The notes below the pieces were generated by a model that did no database searches, was not told the origin of the DNA, and saw nothing but the letters and a program-made list of their open reading frames with translations. From positions 1 through 51,141 of IMG/VR virus record IMGVR_UViG_3300044799_000031: a stretch of DNA of 51,141 bases, one strand, 5' to 3'. This document shows positions 42,691-51,141 of this stretch, in pieces. Made by a program: the position numbers and the translations under genes. Positions within the stretch are counted from its first letter, which is position 1. Every line of letters begins with the position of its first letter. The DNA comes from a virus (lineage: Duplodnaviria > Caudoviricetes).

Positions 42691-45162
42691 ATGTCGAGCA
42701 AGAGAAGCAAGATGCCAGTTCGGCGCGGCATTCCAATGAATGATACTCGAGCGAAGGTCCTTAAGTTCGTTGCTAAGATGCTTAATAGACCATTAGTCAA
42801 GACGAAACCAGTTCAACCTGTCTATGTCTTTGAACCGGAACCACAGATTAGAAAACCTCTATTTGACTATGTTAATCTCTTTGAGGCGGCATGTCGTTCT
42901 TGGCCTCTTAGACGTGCTTTCCGTGCAATCATTCAGGAATGTACAAGAAACCGATGGATTCGTCAATCTAAGTTCAAGTGGAAGTGCACAAGTGAAACCT
43001 GTGAAAAGGAATATCAAACTCTTCCAAGTGGGTTTAAGGACGGAGAAACTCCCTCTTGTTCTTGTGGCGCTCCTCTGAGAGAACCTTCTAAGGAGCAAGC
43101 AGACATCTTTGACAGAATTCTAAAGACACCCAACGAGGATTATAGGTTTGACGATTTTGTTCGGTCAAGCATTTTTTACGACTTGGCTTTGGACGATTGG
43201 TACTGGGGTATAGGTTTCGTTAGGAAACCAAAAACAGCGGATGGGAAGATCATTGTTCAAAATGGCGAGGCCATTTACGAGAGAGTACCAAAATGGCTTT
43301 ATGTTGAGGATGCTCGATTCATATTTCCGGTCGCCGATCAGTACGGTCATCTCGGAGGATACGAGTACTTCTGTCCGGAATGTTACGATCTTCTCAAAGG
43401 CGATCAACCAGTTGCCCAGATTAGACCTGATACTCCTATTGAAGAGTTTGAGAGGTTGGTTAAGTGCCCTAACTGTGGAGGACTGATGGAGCAGACCGCT
43501 TATGTTCAGGAGATTCAGGGGGTCGTAGTCGCCAGATTCACGAAGTATGAATTGATTCATGGTTCTAGTTCCAGGGTGCTTCCTGCTTTATTTGGTAACA
43601 GCAAACTAATAACGGTTTGGAAACTGGTTCATACGATTCTTGCTATGGACGACTACAATTTTGAGGTATACAATGAAGGGAAGGTTGGAGCAATTCTAGG
43701 ATTTCCGGGGTACGATCAACTAGAAGTAGACGAGATAAATAAAGGCGTAGAAGAAGAACTTAAGCGCCTGGATAAACAGGACATTCAGACCGGAAGGTAC
43801 GAGAGGAGCAAGAAGATTCGGACGTTGATGCTTGGGATTAAGAAGGATCAAACTCCAATTCGGGTTCCTCTAATGGAGACTCTAGAGAACATGCAGTCCA
43901 TTGAATTCTATAGGTTGTACGCCAATGCTATTTCACAGGTCTATGGGACAACTCCAACCTTTGACGGTGGTGATGCTGGTGGACCCGGAGTAAGAGAGAC
44001 TATGGAAGTTCAGAATCGAACGATTATAGATCACCAGAGCAACTTCTCGGATTTATTTAATCAGGAAGTTTGTCCACTCTTCGGTATCTTTGACTGGTAT
44101 CTCGGTTTCAATCCCGTTGAGGCAAGGGATGAACTGAGACTTGCTCAAATTCATCAGACTCGAGCGGCAGCGGCATTCACCTATCTCAGAGGTGGGTTCG
44201 ACGTCTCGATAGCCGATGACGGGAATTTAATTATATCTGGTATGGGAGAAATTTCAGGAAACGAACCGGAAGGTTCTCGAGCAAGGGAGGATCGAGCAAT
44301 GATAGGCAAACCTTGGCGGTGGGAATACGGTCAAGCAGGAGGCCGGACTCAAGGTCAACAACTAGAACTTGCTGAACATGTACCCATTCGAACGCCTTTC
44401 AGTCTCCCTCATTCCGAGACCAAACTTCAGGGTCATCTAAATGCTATTCTGAATTGGGCAGTTAAGAGAGTCAAGAGTGGTTCGAACAGAGAAAGCACGG
44501 TTAAACAGGCGAAGGAGAAGGCGGACAAGATGCTCAAGGACTCCTATGAGTTTCTGGTGAATCGCGCTCTATCCCATGCAAGAAAGAGGACGGGAAAAGA
44601 GGTTCAAATTGGTCCTGAGGAATTTAAACGATTAGAGTCATGGAAGGCCAACAGTTTAGATGATTTTGAGTCGATTCTAAATGATCAGTTGACTGGTTCA
44701 GTGCAGAAGTCTCCAATTAAGAAGGCCGACGTCGCTAATCTTGAACCGACGACTAGACTACCGGCGTCTTGGTACGAGACAACTCGAACCAGAATTCTAG
44801 ACCATGAGTTTGCCTTGAATGGGGATCAAAACGAGGTTTACCTCACCATTGACGGTTACGAGGTGTCAAAGTCTAGGTTGTCCGCGACTGAATTTTCAAG
44901 GTGTATTTCACTCATGATTGAGTCCATGCTTGACCTGATAGATTATACGTATGATGGGAAAGAAGGATTTCCTATCGATGCTTTCGAAGAACATTCCATC
45001 GATTGGTTGTCTGATCTGAAGGTGAAGTATGACACCGAAACCATGGAATCAATCGTTGAATTCTTTAACGGAATTACTCTTCCTGACATTGCTCAGGCCT
45101 TCAATGGTCTTAGGGTCCGACTGGACAAGGTGAAATTTTCAACTCTTGAGGAGGTTACTTAA
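42691..45162 (+). CDS. Portal protein with two Zn-ribbon insertions and a long C-terminal extension
   Basis: After terL; AYVQ..VARFTKYELIH..FGNS, YNFEVY..G...AILG, ISQVYG. Confidence 0.82.
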   Translation: MSSKRSKMPVRRGIPMNDTRAKVLKFVAKMLNRPLVKTKPVQPVYVFEPEPQIRKPLFDYVNLFEAACRSWPLRRAFRAIIQECTRNRWIRQSKFKWKCTSETCEKEYQTLPSGFKDGETPSCSCGAPLREPSKEQADIFDRILKTPNEDYRFDDFVRSSIFYDLALDDWYWGIGFVRKPKTADGKIIVQNGEAIYERVPKWLYVEDARFIFPVADQYGHLGGYEYFCPECYDLLKGDQPVAQIRPDTPIEEFERLVKCPNCGGLMEQTAYVQEIQGVVVARFTKYELIHGSSSRVLPALFGNSKLITVWKLVHTILAMDDYNFEVYNEGKVGAILGFPGYDQLEVDEINKGVEEELKRLDKQDIQTGRYERSKKIRTLMLGIKKDQTPIRVPLMETLENMQSIEFYRLYANAISQVYGTTPTFDGGDAGGPGVRETMEVQNRTIIDHQSNFSDLFNQEVCPLFGIFDWYLGFNPVEARDELRLAQIHQTRAAAAFTYLRGGFDVSIADDGNLIISGMGEISGNEPEGSRAREDRAMIGKPWRWEYGQAGGRTQGQQLELAEHVPIRTPFSLPHSETKLQGHLNAILNWAVKRVKSGSNRESTVKQAKEKADKMLKDSYEFLVNRALSHARKRTGKEVQIGPEEFKRLESWKANSLDDFESILNDQLTGSVQKSPIKKADVANLEPTTRLPASWYETTRTRILDHEFALNGDQNEVYLTIDGYEVSKSRLSATEFSRCISLMIESMLDLIDYTYDGKEGFPIDAFEEHSIDWLSDLKVKYDTETMESIVEFFNGITLPDIAQAFNGLRVRLDKVKFSTLEEVT

Positions 45163-45282
45163 TTGGGACAACCAACTGAGAAGGCGGCACCGCCTCGGGT
45201 TCTCTACGGTTACGATCCGATCTCGGGTCTCTTTGTTGCTCTACAAGTTGACAGTGACGGAAAGATTCAAACAACGAGTTGA
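45163..45282 (+). CDS. Small virion peptide (39 aa)
   Basis: GGAGG RBS; VLYGYDP..VALQVDSDGKI. Confidence 0.55.
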   Translation: MGQPTEKAAPPRVLYGYDPISGLFVALQVDSDGKIQTTS

Positions 45283-45293
45283 ATCCCGTATAA

Positions 45294-46574
45294 CTGGTCA
45301 TTACCTCCTCTGACGGCGGAGCGACTCCTGCTGAGATTTGGGCATACGCTGTTAGGTCTCTTACTTCTCCAACGTTTGGAGACTTAGTCACAAAGAATCT
45401 TGCTCACATAATATCAGATAGCGTCGCCTTTAAAGGAATTGATATAGCGACCATACTTGACGACACTAAGTATTTGACAAGAGAAAATCTCGTTTCCTTT
45501 ACCGCTGAGAGTATTGCAGGTTGCCTTAGTCACGTAGTTATTGATACAGATTATTTAACGGAGACAGCGATACCATCTTCACCTGAACCAGACAGCATCG
45601 GATACATGCTTCAGTACATTGCCAATAGGTCTCTTCCCGCTGGGGTAGTCACAAATAGTTTCGGTTATGGAGTAGCACTTCTTTGGGCGATTGCTCTTCC
45701 CACCTGTACTACAGGAAGTCTTGGCGCGCTCATCAAAACTGTTTTGCTGACGGACAGATTAACCGCTGTTCGTGCAGGTTATTTAGACAATCTTTCTGCT
45801 GGGGCAGTCGCTCTTGAAGCGTCATTGACCGCTATAAAGGGTCTTGGTTGGTCCACCGAAACTCTTAAAGTCATCAAGGATGCCATTGCTGCTTTGAATA
45901 ATCTATCTCAGTCGCAGATTCTCTCAGATGCAACACCATTTGCTGGTGCTGATATTGCTGTTGTCAAGGGTTATGTTGACGAAGTTGAATCTCTACTCAA
46001 GAGCGCCACTTACGGTCTATCTGCCTTGAGGGATGAAATTAACGCTAACGAAACTAAAATTGATACTGTAGATAGTGTTGTTGATGCCGTTAAGGTAGTT
46101 ACCGACAAGATTCCTAGACTTGTATCCCACATGGATTTCTGGGGTACTCCCCAAAGTTCCGTTAATTTAACCGCTGGAGGAGAAAGTGGGGTAGTCGCTC
46201 TCAGCAATGTAATCGTTACACTTCCGAGTGGTGTAACGATAATAAGGGTTACCGGGTTATTAGCCATAGCATTGATAAGGGATTCATCAACTTCCGATAA
46301 TGCCATTGACGTTTCAACTGGTCACATTGAAGTTAAAAAGAGCACAAATGGCGGCTATGTTACGGCGATAGATATACCTGACAATTCATGGTTGGTGGAT
46401 GTTAGCACTTCGTCTGATAGAGGCGGTGACGCTATGGAAGGGATCAACGATGTTAAGGCAGAAGTAGACGGTAGTGCAACCTATAATTTTGAGTTCGACG
46501 ATATCGGGGTAGACGGGAACAATCTTGAACTTCATGATATCAAGGTCGGTCTCAGGGTTTACTTTACAATCTAG
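45294..46574 (+). CDS. Fibre-like virion protein (frame opens at CTG 45294)
   Basis: ATPAEIWAYAVRSLT, RLTAVRAGYLDNL, IDTVDSVVDAVKVVTDK segments and a beta-rich C-terminus. Confidence 0.7.
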   Translation: MVITSSDGGATPAEIWAYAVRSLTSPTFGDLVTKNLAHIISDSVAFKGIDIATILDDTKYLTRENLVSFTAESIAGCLSHVVIDTDYLTETAIPSSPEPDSIGYMLQYIANRSLPAGVVTNSFGYGVALLWAIALPTCTTGSLGALIKTVLLTDRLTAVRAGYLDNLSAGAVALEASLTAIKGLGWSTETLKVIKDAIAALNNLSQSQILSDATPFAGADIAVVKGYVDEVESLLKSATYGLSALRDEINANETKIDTVDSVVDAVKVVTDKIPRLVSHMDFWGTPQSSVNLTAGGESGVVALSNVIVTLPSGVTIIRVTGLLAIALIRDSSTSDNAIDVSTGHIEVKKSTNGGYVTAIDIPDNSWLVDVSTSSDRGGDAMEGINDVKAEVDGSATYNFEFDDIGVDGNNLELHDIKVGLRVYFTI

Positions 46575-46592
46575 GAGATTGGGAAGATTAAT

Positions 46593-47174
46593 ATGACAAC
46601 TGAAACTCGTTACATGACGAGCACAGTAGTTCTAAGTGCCATGTATGATCTAAACATAATTAATACAAATTCAACCGTCACTAAAGCAGACGAAGTTTAC
46701 GAGGGAGACTGCAGTTTTTACATTAAGTGTAAAATTTATGCTTATCACGCTGATGCTTCAAGGATTTTACTTGGCACGTCAACTGTTCAAACTGAAGATG
46801 GTGGGCCTTCTTCATATAATGAATTGGACGTTACTTGGGCAGTTTCTCCAGCAAAGTCAATTTTGGTCACTGATAGGGTGCAGGTAGAGGTGTACGGTGA
46901 AATAGATGTAAATCCTCCAACTATTCTTCTGGCGACTCTCATAACTGAAGTATTAGGAGTCACGCAGTTGGATGCCGTTACGTGGACTTTTCACCTTTGG
47001 GTTCACGTCATTCGAATTCCAGGGAATGTGGATTATGTCTACTATTTTAGTTTTCTATTCGGTTCAACGACAAGAAATAGCAGGATAACAAATTTTACAT
47101 ACTCAACTCCTGCCGCAATTAAGGGGGTTAGTGGGAATATTATTCCGTTAATGCAGATTATGGATATGATCTAA
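46593..47174 (+). CDS. Beta-rich putative virion protein
   Basis: GGAG RBS; Thr/Val/Ser-rich; structural neighbourhood. Confidence 0.6.
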   Translation: MTTETRYMTSTVVLSAMYDLNIINTNSTVTKADEVYEGDCSFYIKCKIYAYHADASRILLGTSTVQTEDGGPSSYNELDVTWAVSPAKSILVTDRVQVEVYGEIDVNPPTILLATLITEVLGVTQLDAVTWTFHLWVHVIRIPGNVDYVYYFSFLFGSTTRNSRITNFTYSTPAAIKGVSGNIIPLMQIMDMI

Positions 47175-47455
47175 TGTCAGAAGAATTTTGGTCCTCAGAA
47201 AAAGGAGTTCTTATACGGATTGAGGATCTGGCGCACGATTTCACTTTCCAAATCTACAATGGCGCTTTACGGGGTTCATTTAAGGACGCGGGGTTTAGGA
47301 AGTTTAGATGGGCGACCACTCTTGACGGTTCAACGTGCAGATACTGTTGGGATCAAAACGGTCGTGAGTACAACGCTGGAATGTTTCTTCCAAGGATGCC
47401 GGCACATCCGAAGTGTAGATGTCTTTGGGATATACTTATAAGTATGTTTGAGTAA
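47174..47455 (+). CDS. Minimal MuF / SPP1 gp7-type head morphogenesis protein
   Basis: WATTLDGSTCRYC...MPAHPKCRC. Confidence 0.85.
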   Translation: MSEEFWSSEKGVLIRIEDLAHDFTFQIYNGALRGSFKDAGFRKFRWATTLDGSTCRYCWDQNGREYNAGMFLPRMPAHPKCRCLWDILISMFE

Positions 47456-47476
47456 TTAATTAACGGAGACGGACAG

Positions 47477-47866
47477 ATGGAAAAGGATCTCACATACAGC
47501 AGAAACCAAAGACCGCAACCTTTCAAGGAGGTCGTGGGGACTGGAGGAACTATTCAGAAGGTTCCGATGAAGAAGTGGATAAGGGAAGTTGTTAAGAATC
47601 CAAACGGAGAAACAGCAGTTCGAGCACGAAAGAAGAATGATCCTGATCTTAAAAAGGTTCATCTGGCGACTTTATCTCACGTCACAATGGTGGATCCGGA
47701 AGAGATAGTAGAGAGGATGGAGAGTCATAGACCTCAAGTAAGTCCTCAGACGGATCTTACCTGTCGCACTTTAGACCAGAAGGTCGCCAAGGAAATGGGT
47801 TTTAGGCCAGCGGAGGCCGGAAAGTTTGGACAATCAAATAAGAAAAGCACTTCAGTTAACGAATGA
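47477..47866 (+). CDS. Hypothetical protein
   Basis: ORF with GGAG upstream. Confidence 0.6.
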   Translation: MEKDLTYSRNQRPQPFKEVVGTGGTIQKVPMKKWIREVVKNPNGETAVRARKKNDPDLKKVHLATLSHVTMVDPEEIVERMESHRPQVSPQTDLTCRTLDQKVAKEMGFRPAEAGKFGQSNKKSTSVNE

Positions 47867-48203
47867 TAGGCGCCCGGGTTACACGATTCAATTTCACCCG
47901 TCTCGTTTTAATAAACCTCTAAGTTGTCGTTCAGGAATACATGAGCATCCTACAACAACCATCATTAATGGAATACCGTGCCTCTATTGTCTCGACTGCG
48001 GCGAACACATTGGGAAAGGTATTTGGGAGCGGACTTGGTCTAAAGGCGACATGGAGAAGTTGAGTACTCTTCAAGAAAGAAAACCCAGGACCAAAGAAGA
48101 AATAATGAGACAAATATGGGAAAGAAACCAGAAGAATAGGGATAAGAGTCTAAGCGAGTTCGTCCAGTTCAGGATGGAGTCCGGCATTGAAGGGCGTCGA
48201 TGA
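47826..48203 (+). CDS. Zn-finger protein
   Basis: CRSGIH...CLDCG, resembling the C..H..CxxCG pattern of 4325..4690. Confidence 0.55.
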   Translation: MDNQIRKALQLTNDRRPGYTIQFHPSRFNKPLSCRSGIHEHPTTTIINGIPCLYCLDCGEHIGKGIWERTWSKGDMEKLSTLQERKPRTKEEIMRQIWERNQKNRDKSLSEFVQFRMESGIEGRR

Positions 48204-51141
48204 ACTATCAACTAAGGCACTTCATTTTCAAATAGCCAAGTTGAGAGTATTATTCAATCAGACTCCAGATTCTATTATTCGTGAAGGTATCATTAAACGT
48301 TATGGAATTGTTAGGAACCAGATTAAAAAGAGAGAAATTCCTTGGACATGGAATTATCACATTCTCGACGATTTAATCGTGAAAGGACCGGGAAGTTTCA
48401 TTAAACCGAATAAACCGGCGTGGAGAATATTCGACGCTAAAGAGGTTTTTGACATACCTGAATTCAGTCTACCTTCCAGAGTGGATATCAAAATTGATGG
48501 TATGAGGATCCAGATCCATTATGCCAATGGAGTCAAGTTTCTCTCAGAGGACGAAGGTCTAGATAAAACCGAGAAGTTTAAGATGGCGGCAAAGGAAGTC
48601 GAACAACTTCCGAAAGGAACCGTCCTCGACTCTGAAGGAGTCATTGTCGACAAAGGCGAGGTTCTTCATCGAACAACTTTTATAGGATACGCTAATGGTG
48701 AAGGATACGACGAGAATCTCGACTCTAAAGCAGAATTCTGGGTATTTGACATTCTCTTCTATCAGGGTAAGGATCTACGCAATCTTCCTTACTCTGAGCG
48801 TCTAACTTATCTAGACAAGATTAAAACCTCTGAGCATCTTAGGCCATTTCAAACCGGAAAGGAGTCCTTTACATGTCGAACTAGAGAAGAGATTTTGGCC
48901 GCCGTGAAGAAAGTAAGCGACATGAAAGGTTCCGAGGGCGCCATGATCAAGTTCTTGAATGGGACTTACGTTGAAGGAGTGCACAATAAGACATGGGTCA
49001 AGATCAAGAATCTTAAAGAGATCGACTGTATGGTGGTCGAGATTGAGCAACCTAAACATCAAAAGGGTCCTCTGGAGGGGAAACCAATTGAAGGCGTCTA
49101 CAACTACCATATTGCCGCGGGACCTTACGACGACAAATGCGCGTCCTTTTTGAAGGAGAAGGATCCCAAGAAAATTAGAGAGGTTAATGGCAAGACCTAT
49201 GCTTATCTGGGTAAAACCTTCAACACAAGTATTGCCGTCAAGGTTGGGAACATAATCAGGATCTGGACGCCTGAAGTTAATCGTTATCCGATAGAGGATT
49301 CTGGTTGCTCTACTTTTGGCGTGTATGAACCTAAGGTCCTCGAACACGTGGCAGAGAGGAATATACCGGACTCAATGAATGTGCTTATGAGGTTGAGTGC
49401 TGAGACCGTGCCACGACAACTTGGGAAGCAGGAGAGCAATTCGATGTACCTCCCCCGACATTCCTGCATGATGGTTTGGTCGGGTATTAAGACTCAGATT
49501 GTCAAAGAAAAACCCTTTGAAGGTATGCTAAACAAGGAACTCTATCTGTGTGATGACCACTATTTCTATGGTGAGATAGAGTTAACATCGATGAAGAAAG
49601 TTACTCGGAAGGAAGTTGAACAAGACATTCACCTTAATCGTATCTTCGGCGAAGACTGGGAGGACTGGAAAGGAGCACGAGAGTTTTACTCCTATGAATT
49701 TACGTTTGAGGCGGTTTTTGAACCTCAAGTCGTTGACGTGCCTAAAGGCGCTCAGACGTTCTTCTCCTTAGATCCGGAGACCGTACTCAGAATTGAAAGG
49801 GTCCGGACTAGCGCCGACTTCATAGGTTTGCTTCGGAAGGTTTCTAAGGACTATAAATTCGTTCTTCATCGCCACTATGGATCAGACTTAAACACCCACT
49901 TCGACCTAAGATGGATGTTTGATTCAACTCACAAGGAGGAGTTTAATCTATATGGCGATCCTCGGACCATGGATGTCGGGAGTAGCATTGACGCCCGGAG
50001 AAAGAGTTTCACAGAGTCGCCTGAATCTCTCGCATTATGGATGGTTACTGAAGGGGAACATTTAGAACGTCATGTAAGAGGAGTTGATACTCCTACCTAT
50101 ATTGACGTTATAGATTCCGGGACCTTGAAGATTCTATTGGAAAATGATTTGAATATTGAGTTAGAAATCGACGGTCGTAGTTTGAAAGGTTTCTTCCTCT
50201 ACTCAAAGGAACCGAAGGCCTCATTCAAGAAGGTCAGTTCATTTCTGGTCAAGGACGAGGAACACGGTCCTCCACTTTCTGAATACGAGGGTCTCGCTAA
50301 AGACGGTGAACCTCTTCCATCTAAATTTTACAAGTGGCAACCGGAATGTACGGACTGCAACTTTGTTCTTCAGAGGCATTATCCGACGGGACGAAAGGAA
50401 CCCATTAAACCGGGAGAAGAAGTTCCTCAGATGCATAAGGATCTAAATGACTCGGAGTTAGCCGACGTCTTTCTAGAGGGTTATGTTTCCAGTCGAATGG
50501 GGTGTCCACCGGCAAAGATGATCATGAATAAAGCGGAATCAAGTCCCGTATGGAACAAAACGATCAACATGATCATTCGGAAGATTAGAGATCATCTGGA
50601 TCTCAGGATGGAGATAGACAAGAAACTCATCGGAGTAACGATACATCCACCAGTCCCCGAAGGGATAACGGCATGGGAGAGTTTTCAAGGTAGAATGCAT
50701 GTTGGCGACAAGACCCAGGTGACTCCGAAGTTTGAACATCCAAAGGGTTGGCTTAACGAGGAAGGAGAACTAAGATTTCCAACAAGACATACCGGACCTG
50801 GGGAAGAGGTTCAGCAGGCACATTTTCTAGAAATTGCTCAGATACAGATTCTCGATAAAGGCCAAGTAAAATTTGGTGTGCAAAGAAAGGATCTTCACGA
50901 GTACTTCTTCTATGGAGAGAAGTTGAAAGGGAGATGGGTGCTTAGACGTCTAAAGATTGGTCTAGAGTTTCAGCACGACGCATGGTTGCTCATGAAACCA
51001 GAGGATCAGAAACCATTGGATCCCAGTTACCACAAGGACGAAGGGTACTGGAAAATCGACTTCATAGAGAAGGTTACGACGGAGGAACGTGCCCATATCG
51101 AGGAAGAGGTTCAACGTTCAAGGGAAGAGAGAGGCGGCGGT
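48187..51141 (+). CDS. lig: 985-aa multidomain protein: ATP-dependent ligase + ASCH-like + two LigD-type 3'-phosphoesterase domains (stop TAG at 128-130 across the junction)
   Basis: Manual translation: KIDGMRIQ (48490), VLDSEG, WVFDIL, SEGAMIK, WVKIK; VWSGIKT..ELYL..YGEIEL; FVLHRH..THFDLR; FVLQRH..DHLDLRME..GEKLKGRWVL. Confidence 0.92.
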   Translation, partial: MKGVDELSTKALHFQIAKLRVLFNQTPDSIIREGIIKRYGIVRNQIKKREIPWTWNYHILDDLIVKGPGSFIKPNKPAWRIFDAKEVFDIPEFSLPSRVDIKIDGMRIQIHYANGVKFLSEDEGLDKTEKFKMAAKEVEQLPKGTVLDSEGVIVDKGEVLHRTTFIGYANGEGYDENLDSKAEFWVFDILFYQGKDLRNLPYSERLTYLDKIKTSEHLRPFQTGKESFTCRTREEILAAVKKVSDMKGSEGAMIKFLNGTYVEGVHNKTWVKIKNLKEIDCMVVEIEQPKHQKGPLEGKPIEGVYNYHIAAGPYDDKCASFLKEKDPKKIREVNGKTYAYLGKTFNTSIAVKVGNIIRIWTPEVNRYPIEDSGCSTFGVYEPKVLEHVAERNIPDSMNVLMRLSAETVPRQLGKQESNSMYLPRHSCMMVWSGIKTQIVKEKPFEGMLNKELYLCDDHYFYGEIELTSMKKVTRKEVEQDIHLNRIFGEDWEDWKGAREFYSYEFTFEAVFEPQVVDVPKGAQTFFSLDPETVLRIERVRTSADFIGLLRKVSKDYKFVLHRHYGSDLNTHFDLRWMFDSTHKEEFNLYGDPRTMDVGSSIDARRKSFTESPESLALWMVTEGEHLERHVRGVDTPTYIDVIDSGTLKILLENDLNIELEIDGRSLKGFFLYSKEPKASFKKVSSFLVKDEEHGPPLSEYEGLAKDGEPLPSKFYKWQPECTDCNFVLQRHYPTGRKEPIKPGEEVPQMHKDLNDSELADVFLEGYVSSRMGCPPAKMIMNKAESSPVWNKTINMIIRKIRDHLDLRMEIDKKLIGVTIHPPVPEGITAWESFQGRMHVGDKTQVTPKFEHPKGWLNEEGELRFPTRHTGPGEEVQQAHFLEIAQIQILDKGQVKFGVQRKDLHEYFFYGEKLKGRWVLRRLKIGLEFQHDAWLLMKPEDQKPLDPSYHKDEGYWKIDFIEKVTTEERAHIEEEVQRSREERGGG
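51015..51141. repeat. Direct terminal repeat, right copy
   Basis: Identical to 1-127. Confidence 0.97.

Noticed and set aside
1914-47662. Numerous minus-strand and nested ORFs overlapping long + strand genes
   Set aside because: Antisense or alternate-frame shadows without RBS or recognisable motifs
48811-50739. Short ORFs listed in the track for this region
   Set aside because: They are shadows of the long frame +1 ligase gene
51015-51141. 127-bp terminal repeat as a biological terminal repeat or att site
   Set aside because: Length equals a common assembler k-mer and it lies inside a continuous ORF; it indicates circularity or permutation only
1-51141. tRNA, rRNA, integrase, transposase, intein or reverse transcriptase
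   Set aside because: No cloverleaf or diagnostic motifs noticed; PolB, NrdD, TerL and RadA have uninterrupted lengths. A covariance or HMM scan would be needed to exclude them fully

Overview
The window is a complete circular genome of about 51,014 bp from an archaeal tailed virus (Caudoviricetes, HK97-type head, siphovirus-type tail genes). Bases 1-127 repeat exactly at 51015-51141, consistent with an assembler overlap. Archaeal host signals are TATA promoters, GGTGA/GGAGG ribosome-binding sites, RadA, XPF/ERCC4, a Topo VI-A-like gene and a PolB ending in a PIP box; a class III ribonucleotide reductase points to an anaerobic host. A TACK or Bathyarchaeia-like host is only an inference. Modules: packaging and head (40.5 kb across the junction to 7 kb), neck and tail (7-14.7 kb), small membrane and early genes (14.7-20 kb), recombination and replication (18-28 kb), nucleotide metabolism and DNA modification (29-40.5 kb). 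Main points: (1) a 985-aa gene missed by the ORF track because it crosses the junction, fusing an ATP-dependent ligase, an ASCH-like domain and two LigD-type 3'-phosphoesterase domains; it lies in the head module near a prohead protease-nucleotidyltransferase fusion, suggesting a virion-packaged end-repair kit. (2) A candidate cytosine-modification cluster: dCMP-type thymidylate synthase homolog, kinase, Dcd-fold protein lacking the catalytic Glu, and a C5-methyltransferase with degenerate SAM motifs fused to a DPPY domain. (3) A stand-alone Topo VI-A/Spo11 homolog with no B subunit. (4) Apparent absence of the tetramer AGCT. (5) Several structured intergenic elements and a recurring promoter motif. 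All calls come from manual motif reading; no searches were run.
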